64,000 nucleotides of DNA from Thermoanaerobaculia bacterium (GTDB lineage: Bacteria > Acidobacteriota > Thermoanaerobaculia > Multivoradales > JAHEKO01), in assembly GCA_963781065.1 (NCBI GenBank), contig CAWAET010000004.1:139093-203092 (forward strand). The letters are read 5' to 3'. Shown piece by piece: positions 46,549-64,000 of this stretch. The stretch's first letter is position 1. Every line of letters begins with the position of its first letter. The translations under genes were made by a program, and so were the position numbers. The notes under the pieces are model-generated. The model was not told the origin of the DNA, did not search any database, and saw only the letters and a list, made by a program, of their open reading frames with translations.

Positions 46549-46550
46549 CG

Positions 46551-50801
<4,251 letters not shown>

Positions 50802-50910
50802 CTGGAGCGGCCTGACCGGAGCCGCCGGCGCCACGGCCACCACCCGGCGGCTTCGCCAGCCTGATTGTTCACCAGGGCGCTTGCAGCCGCGGCCTGGCGA
50901 AGAATGCCGG

Positions 50911-51768
50911 CTAGCCGGCGCCCGTTATCGTCCCCGCCTGGGGCCCAGCCTCGTCTCCCCGCCGCGCCGCGCGGCGCCGGAGCATGTGCGCCAGCACGCC
51001 GAGCCGCTGCGCCATGCCGAGCTCGCGAAACGTGGCGATCCGCGAGTTAGTCCGGGTGTAGAGCGACAGCCGCCGCGCCCGGGCACGGGCGGTCAGAAAC
51101 TCCATGTGAGTCACCCTCATCGACGGCCGGTAGGCCGGCCGGAGGTCCGGCCGGCGCGCCGCCAACCGCTGAACGAGCTCGCTGTCCGCCGCCCGCGGCC
51201 ACTCCTTGAACAAGCCCAGCTCGGCGAACACCGCGGTCCGCACCGCCATGTTGTTGGCGTAGCCGAAGTGGTGCGCCGGCGGGCAGCGGTCGACGACGTA
51301 CTCGGCCTTGGCGTCCTCGTAGGCGCCGAGCAGCCTGAGCGCCAGCGACGCCGCCGCCGGGTAGCGGACCCGGCCGAGCAGGATGGCGACGGCTGGATCC
51401 CGCAGGCCCTCTCGGATCGACCGCAGCCAGTCGCGCTCGACCACACAGTCGGCGTCGGTCAGGGCGACGATCGCCGCCCGCGCCCGACGGATGGCGGCGT
51501 TGCGCGCCGCGTAGGCGCCGGGGGTCCGCTCCTCGAGAAGCGTCAGGCCGTCGTAGCGCGCGAGCACCGCGGCCGAAGCGTCGCTCGACCCGTTGTCGAC
51601 GAAGAGAATCTCGTACGCACCACCGACGTCCTCCTGGGCCAGCAGCGACTCGACACAGGCGGCGATGTGGCGCTCGCTGTTGAAGAACGGCACGACGACC
51701 GAGATCACGGGCGCCGAGACCTCGGGGCGCTCGCCGGCCGGCTCGGCGAAGCCCGGCCGGCTAGCCAT
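50911..51768 (-). CDS. family 2 glycosyltransferase
   Basis: ISVVVPFFNSERHIAACVESLL...FVDNGSSD...TDADCV (GT-A DxD context). The start overlaps the sulfotransferase stop by 8 nt. Confidence 0.85.
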   Translation of the reverse strand: MASRPGFAEPAGERPEVSAPVISVVVPFFNSERHIAACVESLLAQEDVGGAYEILFVDNGSSDASAAVLARYDGLTLLEERTPGAYAARNAAIRRARAAIVALTDADCVVERDWLRSIREGLRDPAVAILLGRVRYPAAASLALRLLGAYEDAKAEYVVDRCPPAHHFGYANNMAVRTAVFAELGLFKEWPRAADSELVQRLAARRPDLRPAYRPSMRVTHMEFLTARARARRLSLYTRTNSRIATFRELGMAQRLGVLAHMLRRRAARRGDEAGPQAGTITGAG

Positions 51769-52747
51769 CGGCGCCGCCTGTCCCGGACGTCGTCGCGGCC
51801 CCAGTCCCGGCGCCAGTCCCGGCCCCAGTCCTGGCCCCCGTGCCGGCCCCCGTGCTGGCCACCCACGCGCGCAGCCGGTCGTACGCTTCGCGACGCAGCG
51901 ACCGGCTCACCCAGAGCCGCTGCTCTTCGCTCAGCGTCCGGTGCGCGCTCCGAGAGCGACGGATGCCGCGGCCGACGTCCCCTTTCCAGGCCTCCTCGCC
52001 CGGGGCGACGAGACCGCCGGCGGCCTCGGCATAGCGCTCGAGCACCCGCGGCTGCCAGTCGAGGCCGAGCCCGGCAAAGAGCCGTTCCAGCACCGGGCCG
52101 GGCGAGGCGGTGACCTCCTCGTAGACCACGAACAGATCGTTCGGCCCCCCGGCCCGGCGCAGCGAGAACTCGACGTCTTCGTTCCAGCGCCGGACGCAGG
52201 TGCCGAGATCGTAGGGCCTTTGCCAGTTGCGGGACGCGCGGTGGAGCGATGCCACGACCTCCAGCCCGTCCCGGATCACGTGCACGAAGCGCATCCCCGA
52301 CCCGGGCCCGCCCAGCCGCTCGAGGAACGGGATGTAGCGCAGGTGGCGCGGGGTTTTTTCGATCCAGCTCGTCTTGCCCCGTCGTAGCGTCAGCTCGTCG
52401 AGCACCGCCAGCAGCCGCCGCGCCGCCGTCCGGGTCCGCAGCGGCAGCAGCGGCCGCGCCCAGCCGGCCGACCGGCCGCGCGCCGCGAGCCACTCGGCGG
52501 ACGCCGTCGGCAGCTCGCCGTTCTCGGCCAGGAAGTCGCCCAGCCACGGCACCGGATCGCGGGTCAGGAGCGGCCGCGACGAGCGCGGCAGCAGCCGGAA
52601 GTGCCGGGCGAACAGGTGGCTCTCGGTGAACGAGGTCGTCGCGCCGTGCGCCGCCAGCAGGCTCTGCACGAGGGTGGTGCCGGAGCGGGGGGCGCCGACG
52701 ACAAAGATTCGTCGATCGATATCGGCGCTGAGGCGAGACCCGGTCAC
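51761..52747 (-). CDS. sulfotransferase with (TGAG)n low-complexity C-terminus
   Basis: GTG 52747 overlaps the upstream stop (GTGA). PAPS 5'-PSB loop FVVGAPRSGTTLV and 3'-PB-like VIRDGLEVVASL. The track ORF 51761..53467 is over-extended. Confidence 0.8.
   Translation of the reverse strand: MTGSRLSADIDRRIFVVGAPRSGTTLVQSLLAAHGATTSFTESHLFARHFRLLPRSSRPLLTRDPVPWLGDFLAENGELPTASAEWLAARGRSAGWARPLLPLRTRTAARRLLAVLDELTLRRGKTSWIEKTPRHLRYIPFLERLGGPGSGMRFVHVIRDGLEVVASLHRASRNWQRPYDLGTCVRRWNEDVEFSLRRAGGPNDLFVVYEEVTASPGPVLERLFAGLGLDWQPRVLERYAEAAGGLVAPGEEAWKGDVGRGIRRSRSAHRTLSEEQRLWVSRSLRREAYDRLRAWVASTGAGTGARTGAGTGAGTGAATTSGTGGADG
51797..51856. repeat. 12-nt in-frame tandem repeat, 5 copies
   Basis: ggccccagtccc / ggcgccagtccc / ggccccagtcct / ggcccccgtgcc / ggcccccgtgct. 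Encodes ..TGAGTGARTGAGTGAGTGA.. on the minus strand. Confidence 0.8.
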
Positions 52748-53561
52748 CGCCCGGCGGCCTCCGCCGCGTTGTCCGCGACCCCGCCGGGCGTTGCCGCCAC
52801 GCCGTCCTTGGCGGCGACGAGGGTGAAGAACGGGCGCATCGAGGGCAGCAACCGCTCGGCCAGCCCAACCGGCCCACGGCCGTGGCCGCCGCGAAAGACG
52901 ACGGCCTCGATCCGGAAGCCGACACGCGAGAGGAACTCGGACACCTCTCGGGTCGTGTACTCCCGGACGTGTCCCATGTGGCCGAGGGTCTCGAGCTTCT
53001 CGTACTGGCGGTAGACCCCGCCCGAGACCGCGTATCCCCGGTTGTGGAGCAGCAGGTTCCGGAGGCCGCGAAACGACCGCAGGTTGGGCGTCGACAGCAG
53101 GATCGCGCCGCCCGGCGCGAGCACCCGGTGCGCCTCGCGCAGGGTGAAGATCGGGTCGATCCGCAGGTGCTCGAAGAGCTCGTTGAACAGCACGGCCTGG
53201 AACGACCCGGCGGCGAAGGGCACCGGCCCGGTCTCGACGTCGCAACGAGCGACGTCGAGACCCAGACGCTCGATCGCTCCGGCGAACCGCTCCGGGGCGA
53301 TATCCAGGGCGCTGACCCGGTAGCCGCGCTGGGTCAGGGCGGCGGTCAGCAGCAGCGGCACCGCCCCGTACTCGAGAATCCGGGCGCCGGCCGGCAGGTG
53401 ACGCTCGACAAGCCGCAGGTCGGCGGCGAGCCGCCGCCGGTGCTGGCGGGAGTAGTCGCGGCACCACGCCTCGAGCGCGGAGTCGTCCGGCCGGATCCGC
53501 GCCGCCACCCGGTCGATCAGAGCGAGGTTGGCGGCCGGCAGGCGGAACGGCTCGGCCTCCC

Positions 53562-53568
<7 letters not shown>
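52744..53568 (-). CDS. class I SAM-dependent methyltransferase-like protein
   Basis: GTG 53568 overlaps the NRPS stop by 7 nt. ARILEYGAVPLLLTAAL..VSALDI..FQAVLFNELFEHL..LAPGGAILLSTPN has the Methyltransf_11/23-like layout, with a degenerate motif I. Confidence 0.7.
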
Positions 53569-57605
<4,037 letters not shown>

Positions 57606-57746
57606 CAGGTCGGCCCGAACCCGGACCCGGGCTCGCGACGAGTCTAACCGCGACGGCCGCGACGATCGCGACGACCTCCCGGACGGCGCCGACGAGACGG
57701 CGCCGACGAAACGACCTGACCCGACAGCCAGTGCCATACTGCACCC

Positions 57747-58919
57747 GTGCGGCTCATCGAGGTGGAGACGTTCGGTCGCGGCGGGCTGATCCACTACACC
57801 TACAACCTGTGCCGAGCGCTGGCCGAGCGCGGCCACGAACTGACCCTGGTCACCGGCGCGGGTTACGAGCTCGAAGGGCTGGCCGAGCTGCCGGCCGGAG
57901 TGCGCCTGGTCAAGGCGATCGGCCGCTTCACGGCACGGCCGCGGCCCTCCTGGCCCGGCTTCGCCCTGCGGCTGGCCCGCCGGGCCGAGGCGGTGCTCGA
58001 CGCGTTCCGCGTCGCGGCCCTGGCCCGGCGGCTGCGGCCCGACGTCGTGCACCTGCACTGCACCAACTCGGTCGCTCTCGTCTACCTGGCCCTCTTCCGG
58101 CTGCTGGGTCTGCGGGTGGCGTACACCGCGCACGTCGTCAAGCCGCACGAGCCGATGCCGTTCGAGAACGTCGTCTACGGCTGGATCCACCGGCTCAGCC
58201 GGCTGGTGATCGCTCACTGCGAGGTGGACCGGCGACGACTCGTCGACGAGCTCGCCGTCGATCCGGCCCGGATCGTGGTGATCCCCCACGGCGAGTATGG
58301 CTTCTTCGAGCGCGGCCGCACCCTGCCGGAACGCGCGGCGGCGCGCGCCGAGCTGGGCCTCGAGCAACACGAGGAGGTGGCCCTCTTCTTCGGCTATATC
58401 CGCGAGTACAAGGGGCTCGACCTGCTGCTGGACGTCTGGCCGGCAGTCGTCGAGGCGCGGCCGCGAGCCCGCCTGGTGATCGCCGGCGATCCGGTACGGC
58501 TCCCGCCGGCCCGCCGCCAGGAGCTCGAGCGGCAGGCCGATCGGCTGGGCGCCGTCCACCGCTTCGCCTACGTCCCGTTCTCGGCGGTGCCGGGCTACTT
58601 CGCCGCGGCCGACGCGCTGGTCATGCCGTATCGCAGCCTCAGCCAGTCGGGCGTCCTCTACCTGGCCCTGTCCCTGGGCATGCCGGTCGTCGCCACCCGG
58701 GTCGGGGCGCTGCCCGAGGTGCTCAGCGACGGCGACAGCGCGCTGCTCGTGCCGCCGGAGTCGACCGCCGCCCTGACCGCTGCGGTGGTCCGGGTGCTGG
58801 GCGACCCCGGGCTGCGGGATCGCCTGGCGCGGGGCGGCCGGCGGGTCGCCCAACGCCACTCCTGGCCGGCCATCGCCGAGCGCACCGAGACCGCCCTCGC
58901 GCGACTGGCGGCAAGCTAG
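57747..58919 (+). CDS. family 4 (GT-B, group 1) glycosyltransferase
   Basis: GTG start. GGLIHYTYNLCRALAERGHELTLVT... and C-terminal ...SLSQSGVLYLALSLGMPVVATRVGALPEVL (E-x7-E region). Confidence 0.85.
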   Translation: MRLIEVETFGRGGLIHYTYNLCRALAERGHELTLVTGAGYELEGLAELPAGVRLVKAIGRFTARPRPSWPGFALRLARRAEAVLDAFRVAALARRLRPDVVHLHCTNSVALVYLALFRLLGLRVAYTAHVVKPHEPMPFENVVYGWIHRLSRLVIAHCEVDRRRLVDELAVDPARIVVIPHGEYGFFERGRTLPERAAARAELGLEQHEEVALFFGYIREYKGLDLLLDVWPAVVEARPRARLVIAGDPVRLPPARRQELERQADRLGAVHRFAYVPFSAVPGYFAAADALVMPYRSLSQSGVLYLALSLGMPVVATRVGALPEVLSDGDSALLVPPESTAALTAAVVRVLGDPGLRDRLARGGRRVAQRHSWPAIAERTETALARLAAS

Positions 58920-58946
58920 CCGGCCTGGCGGCGCTTCGGCGCGGGG

Positions 58947-60386
58947 TCAGCGACCGAGCAGCTGGAGCAGTCGTCGCTCGATCCCGGCCGGCCGCCCATC
59001 GCGTCGCCAGAGGGCGTACTGCACGCCGCAGAAGACGCCGCCACCGATCGCCGCCTTGGCCGCCAGCGACAGCCAGGGGACGAGGCCCAGGGGTAGCGTC
59101 GTGGCGACCGCCAGCACGGCGCCGACCATCGCGACCGTCGCCCACAGCGGGCGCCTGAGCTCGGCGACGATCTCGGCGAAGCGAATCCCGAGGGCCGTGC
59201 GCAGCATCCAGACATTGAGATACGAGTACAGGATCCCGGCGAGGACGATGCTGCCGATCGCGCCGACCAGGCCGAACACGGCGGTGCCGGCAACGAACAG
59301 CGGCACGTGGACCAGCGCGTAGAGCAGGCTGACCCGGAACAGCAACCGCGTCCGGCCGAGAGCCATCACGCAGGGCAGGGTCATCGACAGGGTGGCGCGC
59401 AGACCGAGGTAGGGCGTCAGGATCGTCAGCAGCGGGACGATCGTCGTCCACTGCTCGCCGATCGCCAGGGGCACGAAGTCGCCGGCCACCAGCGCGAAGC
59501 CACATCCGGCCGGCAAGCTCAGGCTGCCGAGCACGTTGATCGACTCGCGGGCCACCCGGCGCAGCCGTTCCGGGTCGGGCGCCAGCTCGCTGAAGGACGG
59601 GAAGAGGATCCGCTGCAGCGGGCTGATCAGCTCGCGAGTGGGCAGCGCGCCGATGCGCTGGGTCATGAAGTAGAGGCCGGCCTCGGCCACCCCCAGCAGG
59701 CGACCGACGATCAGCTTGTCGGTCTCCATCGACAGCGTGGTGACGACCGTGGTCAGCGACAGCCAGCCGCTGAAGCCGACGATCTCCCGCCACCGCGCCA
59801 GCGTCGGCCGCGGGCGATAGGGGCGCAGCAGATAGCTCAGGATCAGGCTGAGCAGCGAGCCGGTGAGCATGCCGAGCACCAGGGCCCAGTAGCTGCGCAG
59901 GGTAACCGCCACGACGATCGTCACGGCGAACGAGCCGAGCTTGGCGCCGAGCGTCAGGGCGGCCAGCTTGGAGTAGACGAGGTCGCGCTCGAAGGCGACG
60001 AACCGCGGGTTGGCGAGCCCGGTGAGGACCGGGCTCAGCGCCAGCGCCAGCAACACGTGCCCGATCCGGCCGTCGGTCATGAAGGGCGCGACCGACACCA
60101 TGACCAACGCCGCCACCAGGCCGCGCAGCGCCGACAGCGTCCAGGCGCTGTCGAAAAGCGACCGGCTCTCGTCGCGAATCCGGATCAGCGCCTTGGCGAC
60201 GTCGAAAGCGGCCAGCCCCTCGACGATGGTGACGAAGGAGGCGGCGATGGCGACCAGCCCGAAATCGTCCGGCGACAGGATGCGCGCCAGGACGAGGATG
60301 GCGATGAAGTCGAGCAGCCGCTCGGCCCAGCGGTAGGCGTACAGCCAACCGGCGCCGCGGGCGAATCGGCGGGCGGCCTCGGTCAC
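58947..60386 (-). CDS. MOP/Wzx-type polysaccharide (lipid-linked oligosaccharide) flippase
   Basis: GTG 60386 overlaps the upstream stop (GTGA). About 12-14 TM helices. LARILSPDDFGLVAIA, and an N-terminal basic segment typical of the Polysacc_synt family. Confidence 0.8.
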   Translation of the reverse strand: MTEAARRFARGAGWLYAYRWAERLLDFIAILVLARILSPDDFGLVAIAASFVTIVEGLAAFDVAKALIRIRDESRSLFDSAWTLSALRGLVAALVMVSVAPFMTDGRIGHVLLALALSPVLTGLANPRFVAFERDLVYSKLAALTLGAKLGSFAVTIVVAVTLRSYWALVLGMLTGSLLSLILSYLLRPYRPRPTLARWREIVGFSGWLSLTTVVTTLSMETDKLIVGRLLGVAEAGLYFMTQRIGALPTRELISPLQRILFPSFSELAPDPERLRRVARESINVLGSLSLPAGCGFALVAGDFVPLAIGEQWTTIVPLLTILTPYLGLRATLSMTLPCVMALGRTRLLFRVSLLYALVHVPLFVAGTAVFGLVGAIGSIVLAGILYSYLNVWMLRTALGIRFAEIVAELRRPLWATVAMVGAVLAVATTLPLGLVPWLSLAAKAAIGGGVFCGVQYALWRRDGRPAGIERRLLQLLGR

Positions 60387-61789
60387 GCGCCGGCACCCGT
60401 CGGCCGCGGCCGGACCCGGTCGGCAGGCGCGGTCGCCGCGCGGAGCCGGCCGCCGAGCAGTTCCTCGACCGCGCGCTCGGCGACACGCTGGCGGGCGTAG
60501 GCCAGATAGGAGACGCGCAGACGATCGACCCTCTCGGCGAAACGCGGCTCGCCCAGCAGGCGATCGAGATGGCGGCGAATGGCCGCGGTGGCGTCGGCCC
60601 GCTCGCCGGCGATCCCCAAGCCGTGATGCACCACCCGAGCGGTGGTGCCCGCCATGTCGGTCTCGAAGCCGCAGTAGACCAGCATCGGAACGCCGGCGAG
60701 GACGCACTCGTCGACCGTGCCGATGCCGCCGTGGGTCACCGCGACGTCGGCGTGGCGCAGCAGCTCGAGCTGCGGCACCCAGGCGAAGACGTGGGCACGC
60801 TCCGGCAACCGGCCCAGCCTTTCGGGCTTCAGCCGGTCGCTCAGACTGACCACCAGCTCCCAGTCGGGGCGTTCGGCGACGACTCCCAGGAGACGCCGCA
60901 GCAGCTCGACGTCGGCGGAGAGCACCGACCCGAAACCGGCGTAGATCAGCGTCCGCTCGCCCCCGCCGCGACGGCAGCGCGCCAGGATCGATTGCAGCCG
61001 CTGCCGCTCCGGCAACGGCAGCGGCCGGTCGATCCGCGATTCGAGCACCATCGGGCCGACGTAGACGACCCGCTCGGGCGCCCGGTGGGGGAGCTCGAAC
61101 TCGGCGGCGTGCAGGCTCAGCACCGGCAGCCGGCGGTAGGTGAAGGGCATCAGCCACTGCCCGTCATCGGTCTCGCACCGGAAGTCGAAGCCGCTCTGCC
61201 GCGCCAGGCAGCGCAGGATCGCCAGGCGGTCGCAGCCGAGGCGCCGGAGGCGATGAGACCAGGCCCTGAGCCGCTTGCGCAGCCGCAGGGCGAGCCAGAG
61301 AAGCGCGATCCCGAGCCGCGACCCCCGCCAGCCGATACCCGGCCGCACCAGGCAGTGCGGCGGCGGCAGGCCGGGCCGGCGCCAGATCGAGACGAAGGTG
61401 TTGAGCAGCGCCACCGGTGCCCCGACGCCCGCGGCGGTGATCACGTACTCGTGCATCTCGCCGTTGACCAGCACCAGGTCCGCTCCGGCATCACGCACGG
61501 CGCGGGCGAACCCGTCGACCGCCAGCGCCGCCGTCGCCCGGTCTCGGCGGCGGCGCAGGTCCAAGAGCCGGTCGAGCGGGCCGCGGGCGGCGTCGGCCAC
61601 GAGAAACTCCTCGTAGCGGCTCGGCGCGAGCGGCAGGAACTCGAGGCGGTGATGCTCGGCCAGCTCCCTGGCGTCGGGCAGACCCGCGTAGATGACCCGG
61701 TGCCCGGCGGCCGCCAGGCGCCGGGCCAGCTCGACGCTGGCATAGACCACGCTGGGCAGGCCGTTCGTCACGCAGAGGATGGTGGCCAC
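60383..61789 (-). CDS. GT1-family UDP-glycosyltransferase (MGT/macrolide-GT-like, GT28 C-terminal domain)
   Basis: GTG 61789. N-terminal ILCVTNGLPSVVYASVELARRLAAAGHRV. The C-terminal region contains WVPQLELLRHADVAVTHGGIGTVDECVLAGVPMLV. Confidence 0.8.
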   Translation of the reverse strand: MATILCVTNGLPSVVYASVELARRLAAAGHRVIYAGLPDARELAEHHRLEFLPLAPSRYEEFLVADAARGPLDRLLDLRRRRDRATAALAVDGFARAVRDAGADLVLVNGEMHEYVITAAGVGAPVALLNTFVSIWRRPGLPPPHCLVRPGIGWRGSRLGIALLWLALRLRKRLRAWSHRLRRLGCDRLAILRCLARQSGFDFRCETDDGQWLMPFTYRRLPVLSLHAAEFELPHRAPERVVYVGPMVLESRIDRPLPLPERQRLQSILARCRRGGGERTLIYAGFGSVLSADVELLRRLLGVVAERPDWELVVSLSDRLKPERLGRLPERAHVFAWVPQLELLRHADVAVTHGGIGTVDECVLAGVPMLVYCGFETDMAGTTARVVHHGLGIAGERADATAAIRRHLDRLLGEPRFAERVDRLRVSYLAYARQRVAERAVEELLGGRLRAATAPADRVRPRPTGAGA

Positions 61790-61982
61790 GAGGGATCTTC
61801 GCCCGGATCGCCTAGTGTTCCGTGCGGGAAGTTCGCTGCCCGGGCCTGTTAGTCATCCGCGTTGCTGGCAAGGCGCGCCGACGAAGGACTAGCGGGCCTA
61901 ATCCGAGGAGGCGGAACGCGGCCAGCGACGTGGAGGGCCGCAGGACTGGGTAGTGAACTTCACGCACGGGACACTAGCGTCC

Positions 61983-62750
61983 TCAGTCCGACGGGTAGCC
62001 GAGCCGCTCGACCAGCCCCGGATGGCTGGCCTCGAACGCCCGTCGCACCCGCGGGGTGAAATGACTGCGCCACTGGCCGGAGGACGGGTCACGGATGTGC
62101 GGGTCGCCCGATCGCCGGCGCATCGAGTAGCGGCGGGCGAACCAGTTGCCCAGCAGCCGCTCGACGGGCGACAGCCCATAGAAGTCGAACAGCCTCCGGA
62201 AGACCGCCGCCTCGTCGGCCAGGATGTCTTCATAACGGAAGGTGATGATGTCCGGATGCTCGGCCGGCCAGCGCGCCATCGACTCGAGATGCCGGCGGCG
62301 GAACTCCAGCTCGGCCAGCAGGCCGTCCTCTTCCGGCAGCGATCTCAGGTAGTCCGCGAAGGAGCCCCCCGCGGCACGCAGCCCCGCGGGCACGACCCCG
62401 TTGGCGAAGTACCAGTCGTCAGCGGTCGGTGATTCGATCCTGACCCAGGCCTCGGCGCCACGCCGATGGTAGAAGTAGCCCGACACGACCAGGTCGCGGG
62501 GATCGCGGATGAAGCGCGAGATCCGGAACCGACCGAGCCGGTCGAGGTCGAGGTCCCGATTGTTGATCGACGCGACGCGGAGTCGCCGAAAACCGGCGTA
62601 GAAGTCGTCGAGATGGCTGTTGAAGTGGCGATAGCCGGCGGTCCACGGCAGACAGCGGTTGAAGACGCCGTCCATGACACGGCGGAAGTAGACGGTCAGG
62701 CACTTGTGGTACGAGCAGTGGATCCGATGGCAATCGCGCGACCCGGGCAT
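61983..62750 (-). CDS. sulfotransferase family protein
   Basis: 255 aa; FIRDPRDLVVSGYFYH (3'-PB motif RDPRD..VS) and a C-terminal GQWRSHF. Confidence 0.75.
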   Translation of the reverse strand: MPGSRDCHRIHCSYHKCLTVYFRRVMDGVFNRCLPWTAGYRHFNSHLDDFYAGFRRLRVASINNRDLDLDRLGRFRISRFIRDPRDLVVSGYFYHRRGAEAWVRIESPTADDWYFANGVVPAGLRAAGGSFADYLRSLPEEDGLLAELEFRRRHLESMARWPAEHPDIITFRYEDILADEAAVFRRLFDFYGLSPVERLLGNWFARRYSMRRRSGDPHIRDPSSGQWRSHFTPRVRRAFEASHPGLVERLGYPSD

Positions 62751-63031
62751 CGAACTTCATGCTACCGCCGAAGGCGGCGGGCGGCGGGACTCAGGGTTGT
62801 CTGCGCTCGCCTCCCCGCCGAGATCGCCTGCTTCGAGCCCGGAACCAAAGGCGGCGCCCGACCGAACACGTTGAGGCTGTCGAGTTCAATTCCGGTGGGT
62901 CCACCCCTACCGGCCGAGCCTTCCAAAGTCCGCCGATTCGCAACTGCTGCCACGACACTTCCGCCAACTGGACCCCGGCTCACTCAATCCGCTAGCCTCC
63001 CGGCGCCGGCCAAGCGACCCGCGGTATCCCA

Positions 63032-64000
63032 GTGACCTCCATCTCCGACAGTGAACGCACGGTGGTCGTGGGCGCCGGCCCGGCCGGGCTGACCGCCGCC
63101 CTCGAGCTGGGCAAGCGCGGCCTCGGCGGCGTGGTCTACGAGGCGGACGAGGTCGTGGGCGGCATCTCCCGCAGCGTCGTCTTCGAGGGCTGCCGCCTGG
63201 ACATCGGCGGCCACCGCTTCTTCACCAAGGTGCCCGAGGTCGAGGCCCTGTGGCACGAGATCCTCGGCGACGACCTGCTGGTGCGGCAGAGGATGTCGCG
63301 CATCTTCTACCGCGGCACCTTCTTCGACTACCCGCTCAAACCGGTCAACGCGCTGCGCGGGCTGGGCCTGGTCGAGGCGGCGCGGGTGATGATGAGCTAT
63401 CTGCACTCGCAGCTTTTCCCCATCGCCAACGAGGAGACCTTCGACGCCTGGGTGAGCAACCGGTTCGGGCGGCGGCTGTTCGAGATCTTCTTCGAGACCT
63501 ACACCGAGAAGGTCTGGGGCATGCCGTGCAGGGAGATCAGTGCCGCCTGGGCCGCGCAGCGGATCAAGAACCTCGACCTGTTGACCGCTATCAAGAACGC
63601 GTTCCTGGGCAACCGGGGCGACAACGGCGAGGTTGTCACCAGCCTCATCGACAGCTTCTACTACCCCCGTCTCGGGCCCGGCATGATGTGGGAGCGGTGC
63701 AGCGAGCTGGCGGCGTCGATGGGCGTCGAGACCGAGCTGCGCTCGCGCGTCGTCGGGGTTCGGCACGACGGGCATCGGGTCACCGCCGCCGACGTCGAAG
63801 GCCCGGACGGCACGGTCCGGCGCGAGCCGTGCGGCGCGCTCATCTCATCGATGCCGATCGGCGGCCTGGTCCGCGCCATGCGGCCCGCCGCGCCCCGGGA
63901 GGTTCTGGCGGCGGCCGACGGCCTGCGCTACCGGGACTTCCTCATCGTCGCGCTGATCGTCGACCGCGAGCGGCTCTTCCCCGACAACTGGATCTACGTC
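63032..64000 (+). CDS. FAD/NAD(P)-binding oxidoreductase (amine-oxidase / UDP-galactopyranose-mutase-like), C-terminally truncated by the window
   Basis: Not in the track because it is edge-truncated. My translation from GTG 63032 gives VTSISDSERTVVVGAGPAGLTAALELGKRGLGGVVYEADEVVGGISRS...GGHRFFTK...YTEKVWG. Confidence 0.75.
   Translation, partial: MTSISDSERTVVVGAGPAGLTAALELGKRGLGGVVYEADEVVGGISRSVVFEGCRLDIGGHRFFTKVPEVEALWHEILGDDLLVRQRMSRIFYRGTFFDYPLKPVNALRGLGLVEAARVMMSYLHSQLFPIANEETFDAWVSNRFGRRLFEIFFETYTEKVWGMPCREISAAWAAQRIKNLDLLTAIKNAFLGNRGDNGEVVTSLIDSFYYPRLGPGMMWERCSELAASMGVETELRSRVVGVRHDGHRVTAADVEGPDGTVRREPCGALISSMPIGGLVRAMRPAAPREVLAAADGLRYRDFLIVALIVDRERLFPDNWIYV

Noticed and set aside
62870-62915. 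A tRNA/tmRNA-like 3' end (gtcgagttcaattccggtgggtccaccc) in the divergent intergenic region 62751-63031.
   Set aside because: I could not build a T-stem, acceptor stem or any cloverleaf around the TTCAATTCC string on either strand, and there is no CCA-compatible acceptor pairing. It is probably a chance match. tRNAscan-SE or ARAGORN would settle it.

Overview
This is a 64-kb window from a very high-GC (roughly 70-80% by eye) diderm bacterium, possibly Acidobacteriota, Gemmatimonadota or Myxococcota, though that guess is weak. All calls come from reading the supplied translations and sequence; no searches were run. Most long ORFs in the track are antisense or off-frame high-GC artefacts. I support about 45 real genes.

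**Gene content by region**
- 0-6 kb: secreted and periplasmic proteins, including an Asp-box propeller, LolA-like proteins, DUF2461, a CusF-like lipoprotein and a diheme cytochrome c.
- 6.9-15 kb: the classical alpha-2-macroglobulin / PbpC pair.
- 15-21.7 kb: a secreted MBL hydrolase, an NlpC/P60 lipoprotein, an Omp85/BamA-like protein, a GATase1 and proC.
- 21.7-24.9 kb: a visibly lower-GC three-gene island with a signal-less PG-binding muramidase, a periplasmic DUF1311/LprI-like protein and a PIG-V-like membrane glycosyltransferase.
- 25-42 kb: an ACP-FAAL-AGPAT fusion, a TIM-barrel glycosidase, a HAMP-PP2C phosphatase, vapBC, a Tat-amidase, an SGNH hydrolase, trmH, an orphan PP-loop protein, an MBL hydrolase, DUF1820, a GNAT, a beta-propeller and a TerC protein.
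- 42.3-64 kb: a tightly coupled NRPS, glycosyltransferase, sulfotransferase, methyltransferase and flippase cluster.

**Most interesting observations**
1. An NRPS adenylation domain is interrupted between motifs A8 and A9 by a ~320-aa PP-loop (SGGKDS) amidotransferase-like domain. Its hand-read specificity code is Asx-like.
2. A composite non-coding repeat family occupies four loci in the window. It consists of 105-nt-period tandem units plus hairpin elements of ~150-160 bp, two of them with 21-bp perfect arms. One copy is inserted in-frame in the 5' end of pbpC.
3. The low-GC island carries a muramidase / LprI-like pair.
4. There is an apparent 1-nt frameshift at the 3' end of the alpha-2-macroglobulin gene.
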